63,565 nucleotides of DNA, filler included, from Neolecta irregularis DAH-3 (GCA_001929475.1; 19 parts of 19 records of this genome joined end to end with filler, not necessarily neighbours in it); one strand, 5' to 3'. Positions 38,149-51,395 are shown, counted from the first letter of the whole stretch. Notes: a model not told the origin generated them from the sequence alone. Numbers and translations are program-made.

Positions 38149-38873
38149 GGTCGAGGCCCGTGCCCGCCCCGCTGCCCGCCTGCCCGCTGCGGCCGCGCTC
38201 TTCTGCCATGCCCCGCTCCACGCCGCCCGGCGCTGCTGCTGCTGCTGCTGCTGCCCACCCGCTGCAGGACCCGCTGTCTGCCGTATTCCCCGGCCTCTCC
38301 TCCGACCCGGTCCCGGTATCCGTCCCGGTATCCTTATCCTCCCCGGTCCACGTATCCTTATCCTCCCCGGTCCAAGTATCCTTATCCTCCCGCACATCCT
38401 CCCCGGTCCCAGTCGAATCCTCGCTCTGCCACCCCCCACTAACCCCCGTCTTTGTCCACACAGTCCTCAAACACGACTCCCTCCCCAAAATCCTGCTGGC
38501 CTACAACATCGACGCCGCCCACCTCCGCAAGGCAAACGCCCTCTGGCCGTCAGACTCCATCTTTGCCCGCTCCGTCCTGTTCCTCCCCGTCCGCCACTGC
38601 AACATCCCCATCCACTACATCGCCCACGACCTCGCCCTCGTCCCCACCATCGGCCCCGTCCCCATCCGCTCCCTCCCCACCCCCTCCTTCTTTCCCCACA
38701 GACCCACCCTCTTCCCCCCAGACGCCACAGACGCCCCCCCGCGCGAAAGCATCGACAGCGACTTTTCAATCTCCTCTCTCGGCGGCTACGTCCAAGACAA
38801 ACTCATGACCGTCTATCGCCGTTTCACAGGCGACTCCACAGAATGGACCTGCACAGATTTGATTGAATTGTAG
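38149..38873 (+). CDS. Non-secreted-type LysM-domain protein (5' end uncertain, next to gap)
   Basis: HTVLKHDSLPKILLAYNIDAAHLRKANALWPSDSIFARSVLFLP LysM motif after a Pro/Ser repeat region. Confidence 0.8.
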
Positions 38874-39090
38874 TTTTAAATTAGAAGGCATCGGCGTTGT
38901 TGGTTATCGGCGGGCGTCACTGGTAGCGTCATACAATTTACGTAATCATATCATATATATCGATATCACTCGACATCTCGTCTCAATTGAAATCCCATCA
39001 TATCATCAACGTCTCAATTGAAATCCCATCAACGTCTCAATCTTGCATATCATCAACATCCCAATCTTGCATACTATCAACATCCCAATA

Positions 39091-40053
<963 letters not shown>

Positions 40054-40080
40054 CTACAAACCATCAGACATCCATCTCTA

Positions 40081-41100
40081 ATGAACTCGATATCTAAACC
40101 AGCCTACCGCATCTTTGACAGAAACCTCAAAAAAATCCAAAGAAACCAGGCAGCCAGCGATATTATCAAAAGTAGAAATGCAGACTATCTCAAAGACGAG
40201 GTAGCAGACCGTCTAGTCGATCGACTGCTGGTTCGCCCACCGTCTTTCTACGGAATAACCGGTAGTTTATTAAACGTGAATTCGAGACGGTGCTGGATTT
40301 GGGTGCAGGATGCGGCCATTTCGCTAAATCGCTCAATAAATCAAAATACCAACCGCCCCCTATAAAAACACTGATAATGACCGATATTTCATCTAAAATG
40401 CTCAATCGCGATTCAGTTCAATACCCCAACCTCCACATCGAGCGAAAAGAAATGGACGAGGAAATTATTCAGTTTGAGGAAAATAAATTCGATGCGGTTG
40501 TTTGTAATTTATCTATGCATTGGATCAATGATTTACCGGGCTGTTTAATTCAAATCCAGCGATCGCTGAAACCTGATTGTCCATTTCTAGGTGCAATGTT
40601 TGGGGGGGACACGTTATTTGAACTGCGCACATCGCTTCAACTTGCAGAAATGGAGCGGATGGGGGGAATCAGTCCCCGCGTGTCGCCGATGACTGGTACC
40701 CCGACTTTCAAGTCTAGTCTAATTTGTAGAAGTACGGGATATGGGGAGTTTAATGTCTAGAGCAGGGTTTAAATTGAATACCATCGACGTTGATGAGATT
40801 ATCGTCGACTTTCCGGATATTTTCACGTTGATGCGGAATTTACAAGAAATGGGAGAAAATAACGCGGTCTTGTCAAGACACCATATCCTATCAAGAGACG
40901 TGTTACTAGCCGCCCAAGCAATTTACAAACAACTACACGGGAACAAAGACGGTAGTATACCGGCTACTTTTAGCGTGATTTATATGGTTAGTTATAGTGG
41001 AGGTGGTACTGATGATTAGATTGGATGGAAAGAAGCAGAGGGACAACCTCGTCCACTTGAACGAGCAAGCGCAAAGACAAACTTGAAAGACGTCCTGTAA
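40081..41100 (+). CDS. NDUFAF5: NDUFAF5-like SAM-dependent complex I assembly factor
   Basis: IFDRNLKKIQR..DYLKDEVADRLVDRL..VLDLGAGCG..NLSMHWINDLPG..MFGGDTLFELRTSLQLAE..GGISPRVSP..IPATF..IGWK. Confidence 0.92.
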
Positions 41101-41134
41101 AATAACCCCATGTAAAATTACAAGCGAGCGACAA

Positions 41135-43553
41135 TTATAAGCGTGCTCCGCGTGGATCTGCGCGTTGGAGTTTAACGCCCAACCATAACGGTAACTCGCA
41201 ATACCTCGAATCGATAAACGATGCATCACAAGAAATATCAACGACCGTCGTTTCTAGATATTGAACAAGTTCCGGAAATTCAAGTTGAATGAATTTATAA
41301 ACGTCAGAAAACTAGAGTCAGTTTCATAAAGAGGAAGAGTACAAGTAAATAGTGTAATTTTAAATTTTCGAATTTGTGTTTTTCGAATTGTTGGAGGTGG
41401 TACATTATTTCTAGGAACGAGGTGCTTGAGGAAAGCAGAGGGGTGGTATTTGAGAAGAGAGTGAGGGCTTGCGAGGGAGTCAAGTCGTGCAGGTAGTAAC
41501 ACGCCATTGCGTTCAACGTCATCCATAAACAGGATTGTTCAGTTCTGGAAATGGAGAGGAAGGGGATATTTCGTACTAGAGTCAACTTTGAATAAATTGT
41601 AACGCACGGAAAGAGGACAGTTGGTCGATTGGGATGTTGAAAAGCCATGCTAGGTGGATGTCGACAATATACTTTTCACCGTTTTTCAAAATAACGTACA
41701 ATGGTAGAAACTTTTTAATTTCTTCAATTTTGGGAGGTTTCTTTGAGGGCGTGGACAGGTCGTCGAAATTGCGGGTGGTCGAGGGACTCGGACTGGGTAG
41801 AGGATTGTTCATTTCTGGAGGAGATTGCAGGCGAGCGGGAGGAGGCAAGGGTGCATTTTCGGCGATTGGGGGTAATGGTTTTACGATTGGAGAATCCGTT
41901 TCGGAGGATTCCCTAGCCAAGTCTTTTCCAGAAATGAGTCTACGTTTTTTGGGTTGCGGTTCGGATACGGATCGTTGTGGTTCGGGATCCGGATTCTTTT
42001 TAGGACGACCACGTTTACGTTTGGGAGGATCGATGCCGTTTGGAGTAGCTGGGTTTATGGGCCGGCGTATTTTTGGTGGGGGAGGGTTAGGGTCACTCCA
42101 CTTTAGAAATTCGCCAACCGATTTACGCAGGTACTTTACTTCTTCGACTTCTGTGCCAATTTCAGCAATGGCAATTTGTTCGGGCGTGTCTCCGTTGCTA
42201 TTCCTCAAGCTTGGATTTGCCTTGTTGATTATTAACAACTTTACGACTTCAAGTTGTCCACGGCCAACCGAGTCGTGCAAAGGGGTATTCCCGTCTTTTG
42301 CAGGGAAATTAGGATCAGCGTCGAAAGCGAGGAGAAATTCGACGACGCAAAGGTGGTTGTGTCGAGAAGCGAGATGCAAAGGGGTACGGCCTTCAATGTC
42401 TGCAACATTGGGACTGGCACCTCCTTCGAGCAAACGGCCGACCATCTCTATATCGCCCTCTGATGCCCATTTATGTAGATGTGTGCGGCCTTTCGCGTCT
42501 TTTTGCCGGTGGTCGAGCCAGAGGATATCGTTTCGGGTATGTATCCCTCGACCACGTTTCCCGAGCTGTTCGTGGTGGTGCGAGGCTAGAAGAGGGGGCG
42601 AATTCAATTTATTTTTTCCTCTGAATTGGTGAAGAGCTCTGCGTAGCAAATTTGCGATTTCGCCGTCACCAGACTCGTTGACGACGTCGAGGGGAGTTTC
42701 GCCAGAGGAGTTTGCACAGCGTGGATCTGCATGATGTTCGAGCAGTGTTTTGACGACCTCGAAATGGCCGTTTGCGGCAGCGTCGTGCAAGGCAGTGTCG
42801 TCTTTCAAGCCGCGGGAATCGACGTCTGCTCCATTCTGCAGCAAGAGTGAGACGATATCGATGTGTCCGGCGAGGGAAGCTTCGTGGAGGCTGGTCCAAT
42901 TTGCGTTGTCTTTGGCGTTGACTTGGGCGCCGTTTTCGAGCAGATGCTTTGCGTCGAGCAGGTTTCCAGTATTTGCGGCTCTATGTAGGGGAGTCTGGCC
43001 TGCTTTATCGCGGCTGTTTACTCTGACAAGACGGTCTCTGCGATCCTGCAGCAGATGCAGGATGTGTGGATTTTTGGTGACGTCGAGGGGGGATTGGGCG
43101 TCGTTGTTTGTGAGCAAGGGGTTTGCGCCCGCGTTGAGGAGGATTTTTACGGCGTCGATATGGTCGTTCTGGGCGGCGTCGTGGAGGGGGGTGTCGCCAT
43201 TGTCGCCCTTGACGGAGACCTTTGCGGCGTATTTGACGAGCAGCTGGATCAGATCTGCGTAGCCATTGAGGGCGGCGACGTGCAGGGGGGTAGTGCCTAC
43301 GTTGTCTGAGACGTTTGGGTCTGCGCGGGCCTGGAGGAGTTTTTCTACGGAGAAGTGGTCGGCCCACTGGACATAGCGAAAGAGAAGCGACTGGCCGCTG
43401 CGGTCTTGGATGTTTGGGTTGCGCAGGTCTGTGTCTTTGAGCTTGCGGATGGACTGGCCGGGGTGGGTGCTGCGGGAGCTGGTACTGCCGTTGGGGGAGA
43501 CGGAGCGACGGGAGGGCGGGAGAGAGAGCGGGTCCAGCGGGTGAGAGAGGGGG
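41135..43553 (-). CDS. Ankyrin-repeat nuclear protein with AT-hook (Hos4-like inferred); 5' end in gap
   Basis: Many ankyrin repeats (GQTPLHRAA, NWTSLHEAS, GRTPLHLAS, GNTPLHDSV); KRKRGRPKK AT-hook/NLS; two short 3' introns. Confidence 0.8.
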
Positions 43554-43689
43554 NNNNNNNNNNNNNNNNNNNNNNNNNNNNNNNNNNNNNNNNNNNNTTA
43601 ATTAATTAANNNNNNNNNNNNNNNNNNNNNNNNNNNNNNNNNNNNNNNNNNNNAGGATATAAATAGTATCAATATAGGATATAAATAGT

Positions 43690-43848
43690 ATTATCCTGTT
43701 ATGGTGGCCCAGAGTTTTGAATAGGCTATGAGCCATGTGGAAAAAAAAGCCCACCATAACCCATGGGCCAGTCCAGGAAAAAACCCATGGGCCGGGCCAA
43801 ACCCTCAAAAAACCCCATGGGTTGGGCTTTAGCCCATCCCCAACACTG
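43690..43848. mobile_element. hAT-like MITE end (..CAACACTG) with CCCATGGG subterminal repeats
   Basis: Same terminus and similar subterminal motifs at 54085-54190; the terminus also occurs at 44991 and, in similar form, at 53442. Confidence 0.55.
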
Positions 43849-44301
43849 GTCAGAGAGTCCAATCGCTGGGAGCGGAAGCACTACTAACTTCCCAAGTAAG
43901 AGATCTATGATAGTAGTTGAAATAACCTGAGACTGAGATGAGAGTTGGAGGCAGCTTGTGGGCGTAGAGGCATCCTAGAGCTGTCTCGAGAGTAGGAATC
44001 TATGGGGTTGAAAGTGAGACACGTATTAGAAAAGTGTTCAGAAGTGACAATTTCACCGGCTCTGCAACACCCCCATGAACCAATTACTGTAGGGACCAGC
44101 CATCCGGATTAGCTGATGGCGTCCTAACACATACACCATGTGACAGGTGTGAGACAGGGAAAGACAAAAGTGTAAGAGTCTGGAATGTGTATAAAGCGGG
44201 TCTGGAATAGTATGTACAACTAACAAGTTTTCCCTATTGGTACAGTGCCTGCTCAGCTTTTATCCACACAAATTATACCCAACGCAGATACAACCACTCA
44301 C

Positions 44302-44783
44302 ATGTTACCAAAACTCTTCTTGCTCTTTCTGTCCTTGGCAATGGGGCATTTCACCGACATCACAAGTTAATATCCAAATACCGACGTCTACTACGTTGGT
44401 CGGCGCGAACTATCCAAACTATTTCACACGGGCAAAGCGGACGAAGATGATGCAATAGATTTCTGTAAAAGGAAATGCCTTGAGGCGAAACCTTTCTGCA
44501 AAGTTTTAATGGTTACTCAAGTCTTATATGTTGATGGTTTTGACACCACGGGCGCAACCGAGGGGAGTTTTCAGTGCGAAATATTTGGGGAGCCGATATC
44601 ACAATTGTCCATTCATGATGACGATGACAGTGACAATGGTCCACTAAAGATATTCGAGTAAGTGTTTGTGACTGAAGGTGATTTTAATAATCTAGGCGAG
44701 AGACTGAGGAGACAGCTGAGGTTCGATCCAAGTTGCACAAGGCAAAACACTATGGTGACCTCGAGATCATTGCACACAATTAA
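44302..44783 (+). pseudogene. Secreted PAN/apple-like family member with premature stop
   Basis: MLPKLFLLFLSLAMG signal; TAA at 44368-44370; frame continues DDAIDFCKRKCLEAKPFCKVLMV..QCEIF; phase-2 intron 44658-44695. Confidence 0.7.
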
Positions 44784-45430
44784 TAATACTCAAATGTATG
44801 TTGTCAAAGGTCAGGTTTTGTTTTTGTTTAAATGTTTATGTACGTTCCGAGTTAGCTTTTCTTGAAAGTAGTCAATGCAACCTCAATATCCAGTTATGCA
44901 TGGTATGTGCCTCCAGATCATATTATATCCATCATATTAATATCGTCATATTATTTATATTGCGTAAAATGACAGTGGCACAGCCCTCTCCAACACTGGT
45001 CAGGCACCTGAAGCCAAAGCCATGTAGAGCCAACAGGCATAGCAGTATAGACANNNNNNNNNNNNNNNNNNNNNNNNNNNNNNNNNNNNNNNNNNNNTTA
45101 ATTAATTAANNNNNNNNNNNNNNNNNNNNNNNNNNNNNNNNNNNNNNNNNNNNTAAATAGTTTTTATACCTTGAAATTTCAATTTTGTATAAAAACAGTC
45201 GCTTGTTGCGTGTCAAATCCGAATTTTATGAAATTCGGTCCAAAAAAGTGGCTGCAAAATGCGTTCTTTGTTGTTTATTGAACACACTCACTCCCACATG
45301 AATCTTATCATCTAAGCATTGAAACATCAATTCTGGTTCATTTTAATTTCATATTATTCTTTGTCATTTCGAATCTGTTTCATGATCTAACCCGCGAAAC
45401 CCTTCGGGATATATCCACATTAGATATTAT

Positions 45431-46288
45431 TTACGAAACCACATTAGGAGACAATTTGTTTGGTAATCTCGATCTCTTTTCCAAAAAAGGCTTGCCAAGA
45501 CGGGACTCCTCATAATTGAAAGGTATAAACTTAATCGTGTTGGACGGGAGTACAGACGAGGATCTTGGTTTTCTTATTTTCGAAGAAAGCTTGCTACGAT
45601 GGTAGTCCTTATCACTGAAAGGTTTAAATTTCAATGTTTTGGGCTGGAGGACAGAGGAGGAACTTGGTTTTCTTATTTTCGAAGAAAGCTCGCTAGGTTG
45701 GTAGTCCTTTTCACTGAAAGGTATAAATTGAATCGTCTTGGGCTGGAGGACAGAGGAGGAACTTGGTTTTCTTATTTTCGAAGAAAGCTCGCTACGTTGG
45801 TAGTCCTTTTCACTGAAAGGTATAAATTGAATCGTGTTGGGCTGGCGGACAAAAGAGGAACTCGGTTCTCTTTTCTTAGGAGGGGAGTCCTTATTTCTCA
45901 CCCCTGCGAATCCGATATCGGCTTTTTCGCGGCGTTGCATTGCTTTGCTGGTTTTACTCCAATCTACGTCTCCGGGTGATAATAAATCCTTTTCGTCTTT
46001 GGGAATATTTCGCACCTGTTTCGGAAGAATGTTTTCGGCCCATATCTGAGGTGAATCATATCCCGCGTTTCGTGCAAATTCTGAGATTTTATTCCTGGTG
46101 TCCTGTTCGTAGTGTTCATATTTTGAAGGGGGTTTCGGGGAAAATAATAACTTGGCAGAGGATTTTAGGATTCTTTGACGCTTATAATAGCCAGGCTGTG
46201 TCAAAGCCATATTTTTGTTCCGGACTGCCTCACAACCATCGAGTATAACGGCAATGATTTTGAAGCAAGGCCCATACATACCCTGGAT
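45431..46288 (-). CDS. Lineage-specific protein with ~3.5 tandem 33-aa repeats (5' end in gap)
   Basis: 99-nt unit (KPSSSSVLQPKTIQFIPFSEKDYQ.SELSSKIR); paralog at 51965-52346. Confidence 0.65.
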   Translation of the reverse strand: MQGMYGPCFKIIAVILDGCEAVRNKNMALTQPGYYKRQRILKSSAKLLFSPKPPSKYEHYEQDTRNKISEFARNAGYDSPQIWAENILPKQVRNIPKDEKDLLSPGDVDWSKTSKAMQRREKADIGFAGVRNKDSPPKKREPSSSFVRQPNTIQFIPFSEKDYQRSELSSKIRKPSSSSVLQPKTIQFIPFSEKDYQPSELSSKIRKPSSSSVLQPKTLKFKPFSDKDYHRSKLSSKIRKPRSSSVLPSNTIKFIPFNYEESRLGKPFLEKRSRLPNKLSPNVVS

Positions 46289-46804
46289 NNNNNNNNNNNN
46301 NNNNNNNNNNNNNNNNNNNNNNNNNNNNNNNNTTAATTAATTAANNNNNNNNNNNNNNNNNNNNNNNNNNNNNNNNNNNNNNNNNNNNGCTGGCGGGGCA
46401 AGGCGGGATTGGGCGTGGGCGGCCTGTTGGTGGATGAGGGCGAAGCAGAGGCCACTGCTAGCTGTTCGTGAACAGAAAAGAGCTTTCTCTGCAGGGCTGG
46501 AGGCAGTTGGGCGTGTGGTGGGAGAAGGGGAGGATACAGAGTGGGATTGTCTGGTTTGTCTGGTTTATCTTTGGGGAGCAGCAGTGACAATGACAGTGAT
46601 AGTGGACGGGGCATGGAGGTTAGTTGGAGCTGGATGAGATGATGTTTGACGAGATTGAGTTAGATGATGCTGTATGTTGCTGGTGAGATTGAGTGGATGA
46701 AGATAGCGGATTATAGATGGAGGTTAGAGGATAGACAGGGACAGAGACAAGAATAGGGCCAGCAGGACAAAGAACACTAATAGAACACACTGTTTCAACC
46801 ACCA

Positions 46805-47514
46805 ATGGCTACGACGCCTTCATCAGCCCAGCTCGCCACGCTGAGAGAAAAGGCCCTTGCTGGTATGCTGCCATTCAGCTTGAATAACACTCAGCACGCA
46901 CATCCTCATACTCGCCCTACTCCCGCTTCCGTGTCGGTGCATGCATTCTCGCCGCTGACGGTGCATATATCCCAGGTACTGCCCTCCCAATCTCCACCTC
47001 ACCCCAGGTACAAACGTAGAAAATGCATCCTACGGTATATGCGCTCTGTAATTGATCGCCCTGATCGCCCAGGCGCAAGTATCTGTGCAGAGAGATCCGC
47101 CATAGTCGCTGCTGTGGTGCTAAACCCTGGGTTGCCCCTGAAGCTAACCAATTTCAGAGCCAAGGAATCTCCTCCTTTGTCGCTCTGGCAGTCGCCACGT
47201 ATTTATCCTTATCTCCAATTACGGGCTTAGCCCCCCAGCGACATCTACCCAGCGGCCTCCCCCTGCGGTATATGCAGGCAGTTGTATTCCTCGCATCCTT
47301 CTTTATGATGACAAGTAGCATCCGCGAGTTTTTTTCACAGGACGCCCCAGTCTATTTGCTCACCCCGGATGGCGTATCAACCTCCTTGTCCTAGCTTAAA
47401 CACTAGGAATATGAAACAATGACCGTCGCACAACTCCTTCCAAATAGCTTTGGCCCGGAAGACTTGCAATTGAAACGGGATTCTAGGTCCGAGGGTTCTA
47501 TTGAACGGATTTGA
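46805..47514 (+). CDS. CDD1: Cytidine deaminase
   Basis: Spliced SYSPYSRFRVGAC..NVENASYG..ICAERSA..SPCGICRQ..IREF..LLPNSFGPEDL; 7 introns of 32-41 nt. Confidence 0.92.
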
Positions 47515-47562
47515 TTCGATATACTATTCTTGGATTTATTCTTAGATGGATTCAATCTAGAT

Positions 47563-48584
47563 TCAATTTAGATTCAGCTCAAACAATCTCTGATAAGCCT
47601 CGCCCACTTCTTTGACCATATCACTCGACACCATTGCTCTCTTGTGTTTCTTGAACGCTTCATGTGCACACACTCTTGTCGTGCAACAAGCTCCAAAGGC
47701 ACATAGCATTAATTCCCTCACGTCTTCCGTCCCTGTTCTTTCCCGCTGATGAGTCTCCTTCCACGCCAAAAGAGTAGCCAATATCCCCCCCAAAATATCT
47801 CCCTGCCCTCCACATCTCTTGAGTCCTCCAGGAACATCACACGTATACACTTCCACTCCATTCGAAATCACATCCTTTGTCCCCTTTTGCACAATCGTGA
47901 TATTTCCAAAAGATCGTGCCAACTCTTTACACTTTTCTTCTTCCTTCATCTCCCTAGACACACCCATCGCCTGACACAATCGATTAAATTCGACATGATT
48001 TGGCGTTAATACAACATTGGTATACCCCATTATCAAACCCGGCTCTTTCTCAATCAAATAAAGCCCATCCTGAAATTAGACCCCTATCTCATTCGGTCAT
48101 ACAGCATCAATAACAATACCCATGTTACGATCAACAGCAGCTTTAATTACACCAGCTGCAGTTTTCTGCATCAAATCATCTCGTCCAAGTCCAGGTCCAA
48201 TAACAACCACATGCAACCTCTCCAATAAGCTCGTTATCTCAGAAACCATCTTATCAGTAGATGTCTCTTCTTGACGAGTTGATTGTCGCATTAATGGATG
48301 TACGATTAAATCTGGACTGTACGATTTTATCACCATGCCAGCGCCAGGCTCACAGATTACATGGGCCATGTCTGCACCGAATAGATGTGCAGACATGCTA
48401 CTATAAAATGGTGCACCTGTGTAACTGGTTGGGTGTCAATGCAATCTTTTCTTGTTGGGCGGTACTCTTCAGAACCGCCTAGGACCCCTATTCGGCCTGC
48501 TTGTCCTTTATGTAGCGTCTCGCTTAGTGGAGGGATGAGATTTCGTACTGCTCTTAACAGTTGTTTGGTGGTTGGACAGGTCAT
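47563..48584 (-). CDS. NNR2: ATP-dependent NAD(P)H-hydrate dehydratase (NAXD/CARKD)
   Basis: [68 protein letters not shown]. Confidence 0.93.
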
Positions 48585-49140
48585 GAATTTAGTTTGTAGT
48601 ACCAATCCTTTCGAAGTGTATTTTAATCATACATCTCCTCCTACCCGGGAACTAGTCAGAACACACCAGAACCCATCAGAATTGCTTATCATTCCCTCAC
48701 CTTGCATCACTTTCCCCAGCGTTTATCACTATTCCAAATTTACTCCTCTTCTCCGAAATCGCCTTATATATCAGAATTATTTACTATGGAAAACCTGTTA
48801 TTCGTCTTCGGTAAAACCCGCGTTACATTAAATCACCAAAAAGATCATTGCAGTACGTGATGGTGTCCAAGGATTCCACGCACGCTGGCTTCTGTTTTCC
48901 TTAGCATTCTCATATGTGGGAGTATGTGTGGGGGGGGAGTTACCGGGTAGAATCCGGAGCTTAGCATAGTTCTTCTCTTTTCTTTAATTATTAGCTTTCT
49001 GATGATGTAAATGATGTCGCGTCTTTCTGCGGACAAGTATTTAGTTCATAGTATTCCTCTCAAAGGATAACGAACAATCAGTAAAGAAATAAGAAGAATT
49101 CGAGAACAACGAAGTCCAGGAAGTAGGAACGGACGTGAAT

Positions 49141-49303
49141 TGTAAGGATATACCCAGTCGGTATACCTTACCAATACAGTAATCAGGCGTTGGTGGAATA
49201 AGAAGCGGAGTTTATAGTTATACCTAGCCTGAGTTAAAACACTTAGGCTAGGTATGTCCCTGTACGGAGTTACAACACTTAGGCTAGAAATATATCCTGG
49301 TCT
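49141..49303 (+). mobile_element. LTR copy related to the 18201 solo LTR (cut by gap)
   Basis: TGTAAGGATATAC..GGTATACCTTAC and CTAGGTATGTCCC..TAGAAATATATCCT shared with 18201-18467. Confidence 0.75.
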
Positions 49304-49679
49304 NNNNNNNNNNNNNNNNNNNNNNNNNNNNNNNNNNNNNNNNNNNNTTAATTAATTAANNNNNNNNNNNNNNNNNNNNNNNNNNNNNNNNNNNNNNNNN
49401 NNNCCAGGCAACACCACGGCCAAGATGACATCAAGGGCGCCAAAGCAAAAGATTCTACGAGCATAAGTAATATCCAATAATAAGAAGGGAGTACTTTGCA
49501 AACAACATGTCAGTCTATACGTTTGTGAGGCTTGTGGAAGAACTGGATCTCTCGTCTTTTAAAGAAAATCCAAGTAGTCCTGCGTGTCTCAATGTTCAAA
49601 CCCGCAAGTGAGACATCAACGAGCCCTAATTTTTATCAAGGCTCTGAACCAGAGAAATGGGAACCGCCGGCTGGGGTGG

Positions 49680-50020
49680 ATGGATGGATTTTTATGCCAC
49701 CCGCCTTCTCCAAGAGATCCAAACCACCCATCTGGAGAGTGATCTGGCAGGCTGTTAGGTTGTATGGCAGTTTGGCAGGTTTGACAAAAGGAAGATAGTT
49801 ATAAAATGTAGAGTATGGAATATTGTTTGAATCCCGTGCTTCCATGTGATGTGTGAGTAACTTGACCTCTAAGGTCGTCCGGTCATCTGACTGGTCCCAG
49901 TGGATCCAAAGTCTTGGACTGGAGGGCGCCCACAGCTGGTGGCGTCCTTTATGTCTGACTCTGCTTGAGCCGTTGTGTGGGGGCGGTGGAACCTGGTAGT
50001 GCCCACACCCAGTGTGTCCA
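49680..50020. repeat. Dispersed LTR-like repeat fragments
   Basis: 49684-49780 matches ~54278-54370; 49900-50015 matches ~51278-51390. Confidence 0.75.
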
Positions 50021-50295
50021 TCAACCGATCAATCCCCCGTCCACCTCTCCCGCCTGGGAAGATACAGCTGCAGATTTCTTTGGGCATCAACTTGTCAAAG
50101 CGGGACAATGATATAGAAAAGTAAATAATCAATTCAGACCAGGTAGCAAGGGTTACCAGGTAGCAAGGGTTTTCAATTATTTTCTGTCTGAATATTCAAT
50201 CCACGACCTAGCCTAACAGAGAAGAACTTGATTGGGAAAATTACAAGATTAACAAAAGATAGAATCAAAATGTCTAACACACTCAGCGTTCATAT

Positions 50296-50623
50296 TCATT
50301 GAGTTGGGAAGCAGAGTTGTTGCCCCAGGAAAATGGCAGTCCAGTCGGGAATACGAGGATTGCACTCTTTGAAGGTTTGCTCGCTCAAAGGCAAGATGCC
50401 CAAATCCCTGGCAATGATATAGACAGTATCACCTACAATGATCAGCATTATTCACTTTTCAAATTGTAGACTCACCATATCCGACAGTATGAGACTGAGG
50501 ACAGTTGTCAGGGCAGATTCGTTGACTCGATGTTCTCATGGGTCCTTCACGTTCAAACAATTTTCCCGGAGCGGCAATAATCGCAGGTAGGAACGCAGCA
50601 AGAAAAAGGGAAGAGGATTTCAT
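50296..50623 (-). CDS. Small secreted single-LysM protein (effector candidate)
   Basis: Signal MKSSSLFLAAFLPAIIA; removing intron 50433-50475 gives CPDNCPQSHTVGYGDTVYIIARDLGILPLSEQTFKECNPRIPDWTAIFLGQQLCFP, the fungal LysM pattern. Confidence 0.85.
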
Positions 50624-51126
50624 GTTTGCCAGATCATATGAAAATGTATTGCTCTTTATAGACTGGGATTCTCTCAAGCATCTGATTTAGATATGAGACA
50701 TAACTGTTTCTACATTCTGCGCCACGATAATATATCTGAAACCAAATACACGGCAATTCGGCTTGATAAAAGGTATGGCACGCAGGTTGTAGCTCAAGTT
50801 TGTGACATGCAGGCTGTGGGTATAGGGTTTTATTGCAGTTAGGATGATATCTTGAATAATCTTACACCAAATCATTGATTCATGACTTGGCCTGATAGAG
50901 CAAACCCGTTTCCAGTTATAAGGAGCAGCTGCAATGCCGCTTGCAGACCACCAATACAGCCAAATGACTTGGAGCGGCCAGAAAATGATCATAAATACAC
51001 CGAATTTTCCGGTTTGTGGCTTGTAGAGAGTACCCGCCCCCGTTACTCTAACTATTGATAGAACACCAAGACATCCACGTCTTATAACAGTCTACGCTGT
51101 CTTCTTCTTTCGCTTTGTCCCGGCGG

Positions 51127-51395
51127 TGTCGCTGTCCTGTGACTCAGCCTCTACTCGAATGCCTCCTCTCTACTCCTCGCTTCTCGATCTCCCCTCCTTC
51201 CCCACTACTCCGCTGTCGCCCGCGCCTACCTCCGCGCCCTCGTCCACCCGCCTCTGCGACCGCATTCACCACATTGGGGTCCAGAGTCTTGGACTGGGAG
51301 GGCATCCACCGCTGGTGGCGTCCTCTATGTCTGACCCGGAGGTGCTGTTGTGTGGGGGCGGTGGGACTTGATAGTGCCCACACCCAATACCGTAC
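51127..51395 (+). repeat. LTR-like repeat starting TGTCGCTGTCCTGTGACTC
   Basis: Same 19-mer start at ~59405; 3' part matches 49900-50015. Confidence 0.6.

Noticed and set aside
41634-43262. 332-aa and 170-aa plus-strand ORFs
   Set aside because: Antisense to the ankyrin gene; no independent motifs.
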